Positions 1 through 9,011 of a stretch of 64,000 nt of DNA are shown here, piece by piece. Position numbers and translations under genes: made by a program. The notes below the pieces were generated by a model, which worked only from the letters and a program-made list of their open reading frames with translations, was not told the origin of the DNA and did no database searches. The first letter of the stretch is position 1, and every line of letters starts with the position of its first letter. The stretch comes from Burkholderiales bacterium. GTDB taxonomy: Bacteria > Pseudomonadota > Gammaproteobacteria > Burkholderiales > Ga0077523. Location of the stretch: the NCBI GenBank assembly GCA_019745565.1, contig JAIESW010000024.1, forward strand, positions 129 through 64,128. Reading direction: 5' to 3'.

Positions 1-216
1 GACGCCGTTCACGCCGCCGTCGCGCTCGTTGATGAGGGTGAGGTAATCGATGAAGCCGCCGAAGAACGCGGCGCCGTTCGCGCCGTAGGGGCCGACCCGG
101 TAGCTCGTGATGCCGATGAACTGGGACCCGGCCTGCTGGGCGAGGGCCGGAACCGTGGCCGCGACGCCGGCGGCGGCGAGAACCGCGGTGATGACTGCCT
201 GCTTCCAGGTCTTCAT
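1..216 (-). CDS. HAAT/LivK-family ABC substrate-binding protein (5' part only, continues off the left edge)
   Basis: ATG at 216 follows AGGAGG. Translates MKTWKQAVITAVLAAAGVAATVPALAQQ (signal peptide) ...YRVGPYGANGAAFFGGFIDYLTLINERDGGVNGV. Lies directly downstream of the permease genes on the same strand. Confidence 0.75.
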   Translation of the reverse strand, partial: MKTWKQAVITAVLAAAGVAATVPALAQQAGSQFIGITSYRVGPYGANGAAFFGGFIDYLTLINERDGGVNGV

Positions 217-305
217 GGTGCTCCTCCTTGATTTGTTCCGGTGGGCCGGGTATTCCTTAACGCCCGCTGGGCCGCGACCCGTTGACGCCGGGTCTCAAAG
301 TCGCG

Positions 306-1382
306 TCAGTGCGGGAACGGCCACAGTCTCAACTTCTCTTTCAGGATCTGCCAGAGTCGTGCGAGCCCGTGGGGCTCCACGATCAGGAAAAAGATGATCA
401 GCGCGCCGAACACCACGAGCTGCGCCATCGACGTCATGCCCGACGGCAGGTTGAGGTTGAGCGCGGCGGCGCCCTCCGTCAACAGGACGTCGAGGAAGAT
501 CGGCAGGAGGGTGATGAACGCGGCGCCGAGGAAGGATCCGAGGATGCTGCCGGCGCCGCCGATGATGACCATGAACAGGATGCGGAAGGACAGGTCGAGG
601 TTGAAGCCGTCCGGCTCCACGCTGCCGAGATAGGCGAAGGCGTAGAGCGCGCCGGCGACACCGCAGTAGAACGAACTGACCGCAAACGCGATCAGTTTGG
701 TGCGCATGATGCGGATCCCGATCACCTCCGCCGCCACGTCCATGTCGCGCACCGCCATCCAGGCGCGACCGATCGAGCTGCGCACCATGTTCTTCGCCGC
801 CAGCGCCATCAACGCGACGATCGTCAGTACCAGGAGGTACTTGCGTGGCGGGGAGTCGAATGCGAACCCGAGGATCTCGATGGGCTGCGCCGTAATCACG
901 CCGGAGGCGCTGTTGTTGGAGAACCACGAGACCTTGACCAGCAGCCACGGGATGAAGAACTGCGCGGCGAGCGTGGCCACCGCAAGATAGAAACCCTTGA
1001 TCCGCAGGCTCGGCAGGCCGAACGCGATGCCGATGAGCGCCGCGGTGAGGCCGCCGAGGATGAAGCTCACCAGGATCGGCATCCCCGGAATGCGGAGCTG
1101 GAAGTTGTATGCGGCTACAGCACCCACGGCCATGAACGCCGCGGTGCCCAGCGACAACTGCCCCGCATAGCCGGTGAGAATGTTGAGTCCGAGCGTGGCG
1201 AGCGCGAAGACCAGGAACGGGATCAGCAGGGCCGTGAGCCAGTAGCTGCTCGCGAACAGCGGGATGACCACGAACGCGACCGCGAGTAGCAGCCCGATCG
1301 CATACCGGTCCTGCCGGATCGGGAACAGCTGCTGGTCGGCGGCGTAAGTGGTCTTGAACTGACCGGATTCGCGGTAGAGCAT
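306..1382 (-). CDS. branched-chain amino acid-type (HAAT) ABC transporter permease, LivM-like
   Basis: 358-aa multi-TM ORF (…LNILTGYAGQLSLGTAAFMAVGAVAAY…), characteristic of LivM-family permeases. Operon context with LivH/LivG. Confidence 0.9.
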   Translation of the reverse strand: MLYRESGQFKTTYAADQQLFPIRQDRYAIGLLLAVAFVVIPLFASSYWLTALLIPFLVFALATLGLNILTGYAGQLSLGTAAFMAVGAVAAYNFQLRIPGMPILVSFILGGLTAALIGIAFGLPSLRIKGFYLAVATLAAQFFIPWLLVKVSWFSNNSASGVITAQPIEILGFAFDSPPRKYLLVLTIVALMALAAKNMVRSSIGRAWMAVRDMDVAAEVIGIRIMRTKLIAFAVSSFYCGVAGALYAFAYLGSVEPDGFNLDLSFRILFMVIIGGAGSILGSFLGAAFITLLPIFLDVLLTEGAAALNLNLPSGMTSMAQLVVFGALIIFFLIVEPHGLARLWQILKEKLRLWPFPH

Positions 1383-1417
1383 CGGACGGGATCAGTCGAG
1401 AGAAGTGGTGATGCTTG

Positions 1418-1512
1418 GCCCCCATCCCAACCTTCCCCCACGACTGCGTCGCGGGGAAAGGGGTGTACGGCTCCCTCCCCCGGCTTCGCCGGGGGAGGGT
1501 TGGGATGGGGGC
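1418..1512. repeat. REP-like nested palindromic element, copy 1
   Basis: GCCCCCATCCCAACC … GGTTGGGATGGGGGC outer stem enclosing two G5/C5 hairpins (TTCCCCCAC…GCGGGGAA; CCCTCCCCCGG…CCGGGGGAGGG). Sits between livH-like and livM-like. Confidence 0.9.
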
Positions 1513-1521
1513 AGCCGACGG

Positions 1522-2418
1522 CTAAACACGATCAATGTGCTTTTCACCGAACAGCCCTTCGGGCCGCACCAGCAGGAACAGCAGCGCCAGCATGTAAGCG
1601 AACCAGCCCTCGATGCCGCCGCCCAGATGGGGGCCGAGATAGACCTCCGCGAGCTTCTCCGCTGCGCCGATGATGAGTCCGCCGACGATCGCACCGAGGA
1701 TCGACTCGAACCCACCGAGGATCAGCACCGGCAGCGCCTTCAGCGCGACGAACGTCAATGCGAACTGCACACCGTTGCGCGCGCCCCATAGCAAACCGGC
1801 GACCAATGCCACGAAGCCCGCGACCGACCACACGATGGCCCAGATCTGCTTCAACGGGATGCCCACCGCGAGCGCAGCCTGATGATCGTCGGCCACCGCG
1901 CGCAGCGCTCGCCCGATACGGGTCTTGTTGAAGAACACGGCAAGCACGGCGACCAGGATGCCGGCTACCAGGGCCGCGATCAGATCGAACTTGCTCACCA
2001 GGATGCCGAACTGATCCATCAGCGCACCGATCGGTTCATCCTGCAGGCCGAGATCGAGGCGGCGTACCTCGGTGCCCCAGATGATCTGCGCCAGGCCTTC
2101 GATGAAGAACGCGAGACCGATGGTGGCCATGAACAGCGTGATCTGCGGCTGGTTCACCAGCGGGCGCAGCACCACGCGCTCGATGACGATGCCGAGCACC
2201 ACCATGACCGCGAGCGTCGCGGCGATCAGCACCCAGAAGGGCATGCCGGTCTTCTCCTGCAGGCCAACGAAGGTGAGTGCCGCAAAGAACACCATCCCGC
2301 CCTGGGCGAAGTTGAAGACGCCCGAGGCCTTGTAGATCAGCACGAAGCCGAGCGCCACGAGTGAATACATCACCCCCGCGAGCAGGCCACCGATAAGGAC
2401 TTCGAAGAAGAACTGCAT
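1522..2418 (-). CDS. HAAT ABC transporter permease, LivH-like
   Basis: 298-aa hydrophobic ORF (MQFFFEVLIGGLLAGVMYSLVALGFVLIYKASGVFNFAQG), the typical LivH N-terminus. Confidence 0.9.
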   Translation of the reverse strand: MQFFFEVLIGGLLAGVMYSLVALGFVLIYKASGVFNFAQGGMVFFAALTFVGLQEKTGMPFWVLIAATLAVMVVLGIVIERVVLRPLVNQPQITLFMATIGLAFFIEGLAQIIWGTEVRRLDLGLQDEPIGALMDQFGILVSKFDLIAALVAGILVAVLAVFFNKTRIGRALRAVADDHQAALAVGIPLKQIWAIVWSVAGFVALVAGLLWGARNGVQFALTFVALKALPVLILGGFESILGAIVGGLIIGAAEKLAEVYLGPHLGGGIEGWFAYMLALLFLLVRPEGLFGEKHIDRV

Positions 2419-2428
2419 CGCGCGGGCC

Positions 2429-3187
2429 CTAGTGAGCGACGCCGAGATAGGCGTCGATGACGGCTTGGTTGCTGCGGACCTCGTCCGGCGTACCGTCGCC
2501 GATCTTCTTGCCGTAGTCCAGCACCACCACGCGGTCGGAGATGTCCATCACCACGCCCATGTCGTGCTCGATCAGCACGATGGTGGTGCCGAACTCGTCG
2601 TTCACGTCGAGGACGAACCGGCACATGTCCTGTTTCTCCTCGATGTTCATGCCGGCCATGGGTTCGTCCAGCAGCAGCAGCCGTGGTTCCGCCGCCAGCG
2701 CACGGCCGAGTTCGACGCGTTTCTGCACGCCGTAGGGCAGGCGCCCCACCGGCACCTTGCGCACTGACTCGATCTGCAGGAAGTCGATGATTTGCTCGAC
2801 CTTCTCGCGCTGTTCCAGCTCCTCGCGGCGGTTCGGACCCACGTAGAACGCCTGGGCCAGCAGGTTGGCGCGCATCTTGAGGTTGCGCCCGGTCATGAGG
2901 TTGTCGAGCACGCTCATGCCCTTGAACAGCGCGATGTTCTGGAAGGTCCGCGCGATGCCCATGGTGGCCGCCTTGTGCGGGTCCATGGACGTGAAGGTCT
3001 GGCCGTCGAAGCGGATGCGGCCCTGCTGCGGCGTGTAGACGCCGTTGATGCAGTTCAACATCGAGCTCTTGCCCGCGCCGTTCGGCCCAATGATCGCGCG
3101 GATCTCGTGTTCCCTGACGTCGAAGCTGATGTCGGTGAGCGCCTTCACGCCGCCGAAGGCGAGGGAGATGTTGTCGACCGACAGCAT
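2429..3187 (-). CDS. HAAT ABC transporter ATP-binding protein, LivG-like
   Basis: Walker A GPNGAGKSS, signature and Walker B LLLLDEP. Start trimmed to MLSVDNISLAFGG because the track ORF (to 3319) reads through a REP element. Confidence 0.88.
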   Translation of the reverse strand: MLSVDNISLAFGGVKALTDISFDVREHEIRAIIGPNGAGKSSMLNCINGVYTPQQGRIRFDGQTFTSMDPHKAATMGIARTFQNIALFKGMSVLDNLMTGRNLKMRANLLAQAFYVGPNRREELEQREKVEQIIDFLQIESVRKVPVGRLPYGVQKRVELGRALAAEPRLLLLDEPMAGMNIEEKQDMCRFVLDVNDEFGTTIVLIEHDMGVVMDISDRVVVLDYGKKIGDGTPDEVRSNQAVIDAYLGVAH

Positions 3188-3221
3188 GGTGTCGCCGATG
3201 CGGCGCGCGGGGCTATGCACT

Positions 3222-3261
3222 CCCTCCCCCATCACAGATGGGGGAGGGCTGGGGTGGGGGC
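3222..3261. repeat. REP-like element, partial copy (one hairpin plus right arm)
   Basis: CCCTCCCCC-ATCACAGAT-GGGGGAGGG followed by CTGGGGTGGGGGC. No matching left arm. Confidence 0.8.
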
Positions 3262-3306
3262 CGGAAGTCACGCCACCTTCCTCCGATCGACACGGGTAAG
3301 CGCTTT

Positions 3307-3398
3307 GCCCCCATCCCAACCTTCCCCCACGCGCAGCGTGGGGGAAGGGGTGACCATCCCCTCCCCCAGCAGAGCTGGGGGAGGGCTAGGGTGGGGGC
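3307..3398. repeat. REP-like nested palindromic element, copy 2
   Basis: GCCCCCATCCCAACCTTCCCCCAC…GTGGGGGAAGGGGTGACCATCCCCTCCCCC…GGGGGAGGGCTAGGGTGGGGGC. Sits between the acyl-CoA ligase and livG-like. Confidence 0.9.
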
Positions 3399-3422
3399 AG
3401 CGGTGCAGACAGGTACGGTCGT

Positions 3423-5402
3423 TCACGCCGCCTTCCTCTCACGCTCTACCGGAAACGTCTTCGCATCCCGGATCTTCACGTCCGCCCGGATGGTCCCTGT
3501 GCGCCCATCTTCGAACTTGATCTGCCCCTCGATCTCGCAGTGCGTGTCGCCCGCGAACAGCGCGTTCACGAGCTGCGCATAGCGTTCCGCAATGAACCCG
3601 CGCCGCACCTTGCGCGTGCGCGTCAGTTCGCCGTCGTCGGCGTCGAGCTCCTTGTGCAGCACCAGGAAGCGCCGGATCTGCGAATTGCCGAGTTGCGCAT
3701 CGGAGGCCAGATCGCGGTTCACCTTCTCGACGCATTCCTGCACCAGGTCATACACGGCATCGCGCTGCGCAAGATCGGTGTAACCCGAATACGCGATGCC
3801 GCGCCGCTCCGCCCAGTTGCCTACCGACCCGAGGTCGATGTTGATGAAGGCGGTGCACATCTCGCGGTCGTGGCCGAAGGCCACCGCCTCCTTGATGTGG
3901 GGGAAGAACTTGAGCTTGTTCTCGATGTACTGCGGCGCGAACATCGTGCCGTCCTTGAGCTTCCCCACGTCCTTCGCGCGATCGATGATCTTGAGGTCGC
4001 CGTCGCGATCGAAGAAGCCGGCGTCGCCGGTCATGAACCAGCCGTCGGGCGTGATCGATTCCGCCGTGGCGTCGGGCCGCTTGTAGTACTCCTTCAGCAT
4101 GCCCGGTGACTTCACCTGCACTTCGCCGTTGGGCGCGATGCGGATCTCCACGCCCGGCAATGGCGGACCGACGCAGTCGAGCTTCACCTTGCCGGTGGGC
4201 TGCTTGCAGACGTACACGCCGGTCTCGGTCTGCCCGTAGAGCTGCTTGAGATTCACTCCGATGGAACGGTAGAAGTCGAACAGGTCCGGTCCGATCGCGG
4301 CGCCGCCGGTGTATGCCACGCGGATGCGCGACATCCCCAGCACGTTGCGCAACGGGCCATAGACCAGCAGGTCGCCGATGAAGTACAGCAGACGGTCGCC
4401 GAGGCTCACTTCAGCCGTGCGACCGTCCATGATCTTCGCGCCGCAACGCTTCGCCACGCCCATGAAGTAGTGGAAGAGCCGCTGCTTGAAGCGTGCTGCG
4501 TCCTCCATGCGGATCATGACCGTCGTGAGCAGGTTCTCGAACACGCGCGGCGGCGCGAAGTAATAAGTGGGTCCGATCTCGCGCAGATCGATGGGCACCG
4601 TCTCGCTCGATTCCGGACAATTCACGCAAAACCCGGCCACCAGCGCCTGCGCGTAGGAGAAGAGGTGGTCGCCGACCCAGGCCATGGGCAGGTACGACAG
4701 CACCTCGTCCTCGGCCGTGAAGCCGTCGAACGCGATGTCGCCGCTCGCGGCCGCGATCAGCGAAGCGTGCGTGTGACACACGCCCTTCGGATTGCCGGTG
4801 GTCCCGGAGGTATAGAGCATGACCGCCGTGTCGCGCGGCTGGCCCAGAGCAATCTCGTTGTCGTAGAAGCCAGGATGCGCGCGGTCGTGCTCGCGCCCCA
4901 GATCCTGCAGGCGGTCGAAGGACAGCAGTTCCGGGTCGGGATAGTTGCGCAGGCCGCGCGGGTCGTCGTAGATGATGTGCTTGAGGCGCGGATACTTCGC
5001 GCGGATCTCGAGCAGCTTGTCCACCTGCTCCTGATCCTCCACCACCGCGAACTCCACTTCGGCGTTCTCGAGGACGAACAGCATCTCCTGCGCGATCGCA
5101 TCCTGATAGAGCGGCACCGGAATGCCGCCCAGCGCCTGCGTGGCCGCCATGGACCAATACAGGCGGGGTCGGTTGTCGCCGATCACGGCGAGCGTCATCC
5201 CGCGCTTGAATCCGAGCGCGGCAAGTCCGCAGGCCGCAGCCCGCACTTCGTCCGCGACCTGGCGCCACGTCCATGACAGCCAGATACCGAGGTCCTTCTC
5301 GCGGATAGCGGTTCGGTCCCCACGGACTGCCGCGTGGTGCAGCAAGAGGCGCGGAAAGGTGTCCGCGGCGGCCGGATCGGTGCCGGGCTGGCTCAACTCC
5401 AC
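3423..5402 (-). CDS. AMP-dependent acyl-CoA synthetase/ligase (ABC-transporter-associated long-chain-fatty-acid-CoA ligase type)
   Basis: AMP-binding motif MLYTSGTTGNPKGV and GYxQTE-like LYGQTETG. Start uncertain (GTG 5402 or TTG 5396 after GGAGGAG; track ATG 5471 has no SD). Confidence 0.85.
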   Translation of the reverse strand: MELSQPGTDPAAADTFPRLLLHHAAVRGDRTAIREKDLGIWLSWTWRQVADEVRAAACGLAALGFKRGMTLAVIGDNRPRLYWSMAATQALGGIPVPLYQDAIAQEMLFVLENAEVEFAVVEDQEQVDKLLEIRAKYPRLKHIIYDDPRGLRNYPDPELLSFDRLQDLGREHDRAHPGFYDNEIALGQPRDTAVMLYTSGTTGNPKGVCHTHASLIAAASGDIAFDGFTAEDEVLSYLPMAWVGDHLFSYAQALVAGFCVNCPESSETVPIDLREIGPTYYFAPPRVFENLLTTVMIRMEDAARFKQRLFHYFMGVAKRCGAKIMDGRTAEVSLGDRLLYFIGDLLVYGPLRNVLGMSRIRVAYTGGAAIGPDLFDFYRSIGVNLKQLYGQTETGVYVCKQPTGKVKLDCVGPPLPGVEIRIAPNGEVQVKSPGMLKEYYKRPDATAESITPDGWFMTGDAGFFDRDGDLKIIDRAKDVGKLKDGTMFAPQYIENKLKFFPHIKEAVAFGHDREMCTAFINIDLGSVGNWAERRGIAYSGYTDLAQRDAVYDLVQECVEKVNRDLASDAQLGNSQIRRFLVLHKELDADDGELTRTRKVRRGFIAERYAQLVNALFAGDTHCEIEGQIKFEDGRTGTIRADVKIRDAKTFPVERERKAA

Positions 5403-5525
5403 TCCTCCATCTCGTTCTTCCGCGCCGCGGTCCCTACGGGCGGTTCTTCCCTTGCAGGCAGGGTGGGCCAAGCGTAGCAGAGTCGGGCACTATTGCACTG
5501 TCGCGATAACGACAATTGAAGCGCC

Positions 5526-6200
5526 GTGAACCTCGCCGAGACGCTCCATCTGCACGCCCGCTGGACCGCGGACCTGACCGCGGAACAGCGCTCGCGGGTG
5601 CTCGCCGATCTTGCGGTGCAGCAAGTCGTGGCGGGCGACCCGATCTGCGCGAAGGGTGAGGCTGTCGATGCATGGATCGGCATCCTGCACGGCCTGGCCA
5701 AGATCTCCAGTTCCGCGCCCGACGGGCGGACCTTGAGCTTCACCGGTGTGCCGCCCGGCGGGTGGTTCGGCGAGGGGTCGCTCTTGAAGTACGAACCGCG
5801 GCGCTACGACGCCTCGGCCTTGCGGGATAGCCTGGTGGCGCGATTGCCCCGGGCCACCTTCGACTGGCTGCTCGACAACAGCATATCGTTCAACCGGTTT
5901 CTTCTGATCCAGTTGAACGAGCGGCTGGCCCAGTTCATCGCCCGCCTCGAATACGAATACCCGCTCGAACCCGAGGCGAAGCTGGCCCGCTGCATCGCGG
6001 ACCTCTTCAACCCGATCCTCTATCCGGGCAGCGGTCCGCGCCTGGAGATCTCCCAGGCCGAGATCGCGTTGCTGGTGGGCACGTCGCGCCAGCGTGCCAA
6101 CCAGTCGCTGCAGGTGCTGGAGAAAGCCGGGCTCGTGAAGATCGAGTACGGCGCGATCCAGGTGCTGGACCTGGAGGGCCTGAGGAACTTCGGGCCCTGA
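5526..6200 (+). CDS. Crp/Fnr-family transcriptional regulator
   Basis: 224 aa. N-terminal cNMP-binding-like domain and C-terminal HTH (ISQAEIALLVGTSRQRANQSLQVLEKAGLV). Confidence 0.8.
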   Translation: MNLAETLHLHARWTADLTAEQRSRVLADLAVQQVVAGDPICAKGEAVDAWIGILHGLAKISSSAPDGRTLSFTGVPPGGWFGEGSLLKYEPRRYDASALRDSLVARLPRATFDWLLDNSISFNRFLLIQLNERLAQFIARLEYEYPLEPEAKLARCIADLFNPILYPGSGPRLEISQAEIALLVGTSRQRANQSLQVLEKAGLVKIEYGAIQVLDLEGLRNFGP

Positions 6201-6208
6201 GCGATCGG

Positions 6209-7060
6209 TCAGCCGTAGTTGTAGAAGCCGCGTCCGGTCTTGCGCCCGAGGTACCCGGCCTCGACCATTTCCACCAGCAGCGGGGCGGGGCGGTACTTCG
6301 AGTCCTTGAAGCCCTCGAAGAGCACCTGCATCACGGCCAGTTCCACGTCGACGCCGATCAGGTCGCACAGCGCCAGCGGGCCGATGGGGTGGTTGCAGCC
6401 CAGGCGCATGGCGTCGTCGATCTGCTGCGGGGTGGCCAGTCCTTCACCCAGCGCGAACACCGCTTCGTTGATCATCGGGCACAGCAGCCGGTTCACCACG
6501 AAGCCGGGCGAGTTCTTTACCTGGACCGGCGCCTTGCCGACCGCCTTGGAGATGGCCTCGGTGGCGGCATAGGTCTCGTCCGAGGTCTGCAGGCCGCGGA
6601 TCAGTTCCACCAGCTGCATCACCGGCACCGGGTTGAAGAAGTGCATGCCGATCACCTGGGCCGGGCGCTTGGTGGCCGCCGCGAGCTTGGTGATCGAGAT
6701 CGACGAGGTGTTGGACGCGATGATCGCGTCCGGCTTCGCGGCGGCGTCGAGCTTGGCGAAGATGTCGAGCTTGAGGGTAAGGTTCTCGGTGGCGGCCTCG
6801 ACGATCAGGTCGACATCGCCCAGGGCATCGAGCTTGGTGGAGGTGGTGATGCGGCCGAGCGCGGTGGCCTTGTCGGCGGCCGTCATCTTCTCCCTCTTGA
6901 CCAGGCGCTCGAGGCTGCCGTCCACGGTCTTCACGCCCTTGTCGAGGGCGGCCTGGGCCACGTCGGTCATTACGACGGCATGGCCCGCCACGGCGAAGGC
7001 CTGGGCGATGCCGTTGCCCATGGTGCCGGCGCCGACGACGCCGATGGTCTTGATCTGCAT
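6209..7060 (-). CDS. 3-hydroxybutyryl-CoA / 3-hydroxyacyl-CoA dehydrogenase
   Basis: 283 aa. Rossmann fold IGVVGAGTMGNGIAQ and typical HBD C-terminus (PLLVEMVEAGYLGRKTGRGFY). Confidence 0.9.
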   Translation of the reverse strand: MQIKTIGVVGAGTMGNGIAQAFAVAGHAVVMTDVAQAALDKGVKTVDGSLERLVKREKMTAADKATALGRITTSTKLDALGDVDLIVEAATENLTLKLDIFAKLDAAAKPDAIIASNTSSISITKLAAATKRPAQVIGMHFFNPVPVMQLVELIRGLQTSDETYAATEAISKAVGKAPVQVKNSPGFVVNRLLCPMINEAVFALGEGLATPQQIDDAMRLGCNHPIGPLALCDLIGVDVELAVMQVLFEGFKDSKYRPAPLLVEMVEAGYLGRKTGRGFYNYG

Positions 7061-7181
7061 AGGTCTCTACCTTCAATGAGGGGAATGGGCAGACGGAATT
7101 CTAATCGAGCGTTGCCGCCATTAACCCCGGTTCGGCCGGCGCCCCGTTTCAGTGGCTGCATCTCTCTTACAGGAGCCAGTC

Positions 7182-8003
7182 ATGAAACTTCGCCGCCTCG
7201 TTCTCGCCTGCGCGCTGATGGCCAGCGCCGTGCCCGCCTTCGCCGTCGGCAGCCTTGCCGACGTCACCATCTACGATCGTGCCTCCGGGCGCATCCTGCC
7301 GACGTACTTCAGCGACGGACGCTGGTATGTGGCGGGCAAGCCCGGGAACGAGTACGAGATCCGCATCCGCAACCAGTCGGGCGGCGATCTGCTCGCGGTG
7401 ACTTCCGTCGATGGCGTCAACGTCGTCACCGGCGAGACTGCTTCGCCCGGTCAGAGCGGCTACGTGCTGTCGGCCGGCAACTATCTCCCGATCAAGGGCT
7501 GGCGCAAGGACATGTCGAAGGTGGCGGCGTTCTACTTCACGCGCCTCGACGATTCCTATGCGGCCCGCACCGGCCGACCGGACAATGTCGGCGTCATCGG
7601 TGTCGCGGTGTTCAGGCGCAAGGTGGAGCCGCCGCTGGTCTACGAGGACGAACGGCAACGGCGCGAAGCGCCCATGGCCGGCGCCGCGAAAGACTCCGCC
7701 GCCGGCAGCAACGCCGACGCAGCACCCTCCAGCGTGCCCGCGCAACCGAGCGCCCGTGCGCAAAACGCCCCGGCGGAGAAACTGGAGAAGAGTCTTGGCA
7801 CGGGGCACGGCCGCATCCAGACTTCGCAGGTGCGCTACACGAGCTTCGAGCGCGAGTCGGAATCACCGAACGAAGTCATTGCGATCTGGTACGACAGCCA
7901 TGCGAATCTGGTCGCGCGTGGCGTGATTCCTCAACCGGTTCCGGTGCCACGCGATCCGCAGCCGTTTCCGGCGAGCTTCGTTCCGGATCCGCCGGTGCGG
8001 TGA
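7182..8003 (+). CDS. secreted protein of unknown function
   Basis: ATG after AGGAG. Signal peptide MKLRRLVLACALMASAVPAFA, a beta-rich N-domain, an Ala/Pro/Ser-rich linker and a conserved-looking C-terminal segment. Confidence 0.6.
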   Translation: MKLRRLVLACALMASAVPAFAVGSLADVTIYDRASGRILPTYFSDGRWYVAGKPGNEYEIRIRNQSGGDLLAVTSVDGVNVVTGETASPGQSGYVLSAGNYLPIKGWRKDMSKVAAFYFTRLDDSYAARTGRPDNVGVIGVAVFRRKVEPPLVYEDERQRREAPMAGAAKDSAAGSNADAAPSSVPAQPSARAQNAPAEKLEKSLGTGHGRIQTSQVRYTSFERESESPNEVIAIWYDSHANLVARGVIPQPVPVPRDPQPFPASFVPDPPVR

Positions 8004-8014
8004 TCGGCGCTGTT

Positions 8015-8068
8015 GCCCCCACCCTGACCCTCCCCCCACCTTCGGTGGGGGAAGGTTGGGATGGGGGC
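8015..8068. repeat. REP-like element, short single-hairpin form, copy 3
   Basis: GCCCCCACCCTGACCCTCCCCCCACC-TTC-GGTGGGGGAAGGTTGGGATGGGGGC. Sits between convergent genes. Confidence 0.85.
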
Positions 8069-8081
8069 CGGCCGTCGATCG

Positions 8082-9011
8082 CTACGCTCGAACCCCCATC
8101 CGCCGCTCCTTCGCCCGCACCAGCGCTGTGATCGTCGTATTCGCCGGCGTCGCAATTCCCAGTTCCCCACCGACCCGCACGATCGCCCCGTTGATCGCAT
8201 CGATCTCCGAGATTCGTCCGGCCATGTGATCCAGCAGCACCGACGGCCGCGCATTGGGAATCTTCGAACCGAAATCGCGCACGTAGCTTTCCGCGTCGGT
8301 GATATCCAGCTTCACACCCTTGGCCTTCCCCACCGCGAAGGCTTCGCGTGCGCAGTTCGCCGCTACGTTCCACGCATCGGGATCGTTCATCACTTCGCCG
8401 ATGGTGCGGTCCATGATGGAGCACGGCCCCGAGTAGGTGACGTTGCAGATCAGCTTCTCCCACACGAGCTGATCGATGTCGTCGAAGCACTTCACCTTGA
8501 ACCCGCCGGAACGCCAGACCTCCGCCACTGCTTCGAGCCGGGGCGTGACCGGCCCGGCGAATTCGCCTAGCCGCACGAGCTCCATCCCGTTGTGGTGCGC
8601 ATGCCCCGGCCCTTTCATGGAAGCGCCAAACCCGCCCACCACACCCACCAGTACGCGTTCGCGGCCGAGGATGCGCGCGCTGATGTCCGGTCCGCCCAAG
8701 CCATTCTGGATCGACAGCACCACCGTCTGCGGGCCGATCAATGCGCGCGCCGCTGTCGCGGCAGGCTCCACGTGCATGATCTTGGTGGCGATGATGACGA
8801 GGTCACTCGTGCCGACATCCGCCGCATCGGTGGTGGCCCGGATACGCACGATCCGGTCGCCGGAGATGCCTTCGAGCCGCAGACCGTGGGCGCGGATCGC
8901 ATCGATGTGATCGCGCCACGCATCGACGGCCCACACTTCGTGTCCGGCGCTCGCCAGCAGGCCCGCGTATACGCAGCCCATAGCCCCGCAGCCGACGATC
9001 GCGATTTTCAA
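8082..9011 (-). CDS. 2-dehydropantoate 2-reductase (ketopantoate reductase/ApbA) family oxidoreductase
   Basis: N-terminal KIAIVGCGAMGCVYAGLL Rossmann fold, about 309 aa. TTG start overlaps the upstream stop (TTGA). The track ORF to 9947 is an artefactual extension. Confidence 0.75.
   Translation of the reverse strand: MKIAIVGCGAMGCVYAGLLASAGHEVWAVDAWRDHIDAIRAHGLRLEGISGDRIVRIRATTDAADVGTSDLVIIATKIMHVEPAATAARALIGPQTVVLSIQNGLGGPDISARILGRERVLVGVVGGFGASMKGPGHAHHNGMELVRLGEFAGPVTPRLEAVAEVWRSGGFKVKCFDDIDQLVWEKLICNVTYSGPCSIMDRTIGEVMNDPDAWNVAANCAREAFAVGKAKGVKLDITDAESYVRDFGSKIPNARPSVLLDHMAGRISEIDAINGAIVRVGGELGIATPANTTITALVRAKERRMGVRA

Noticed and set aside
282-1289. Long ORFs antisense to or overlapping the called genes. 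Examples: 282-1289+, 6389-8131+, 11404-13191+, 13346-15643+, 38704-40392+, 55060-57759-, 58589-60115-, 60958-63012-.
   Set aside because: Their translations are Arg/Ala/Gly/Pro/His-rich low-complexity strings with no motifs. They lie opposite ORFs with clear family signatures. This is the expected stop-codon-poor artefact of very GC-rich DNA.
2429-3319. N-terminal extensions containing PHPSPPPSVMGEGV or GEGWDGG-type peptides (also 21148-21882 and the short ORFs at 1405-1791, 3238-3582, 26557-27450, 37779-38114).
   Set aside because: These peptides are translations of the REP-like palindromes in various frames, not protein-coding sequence.
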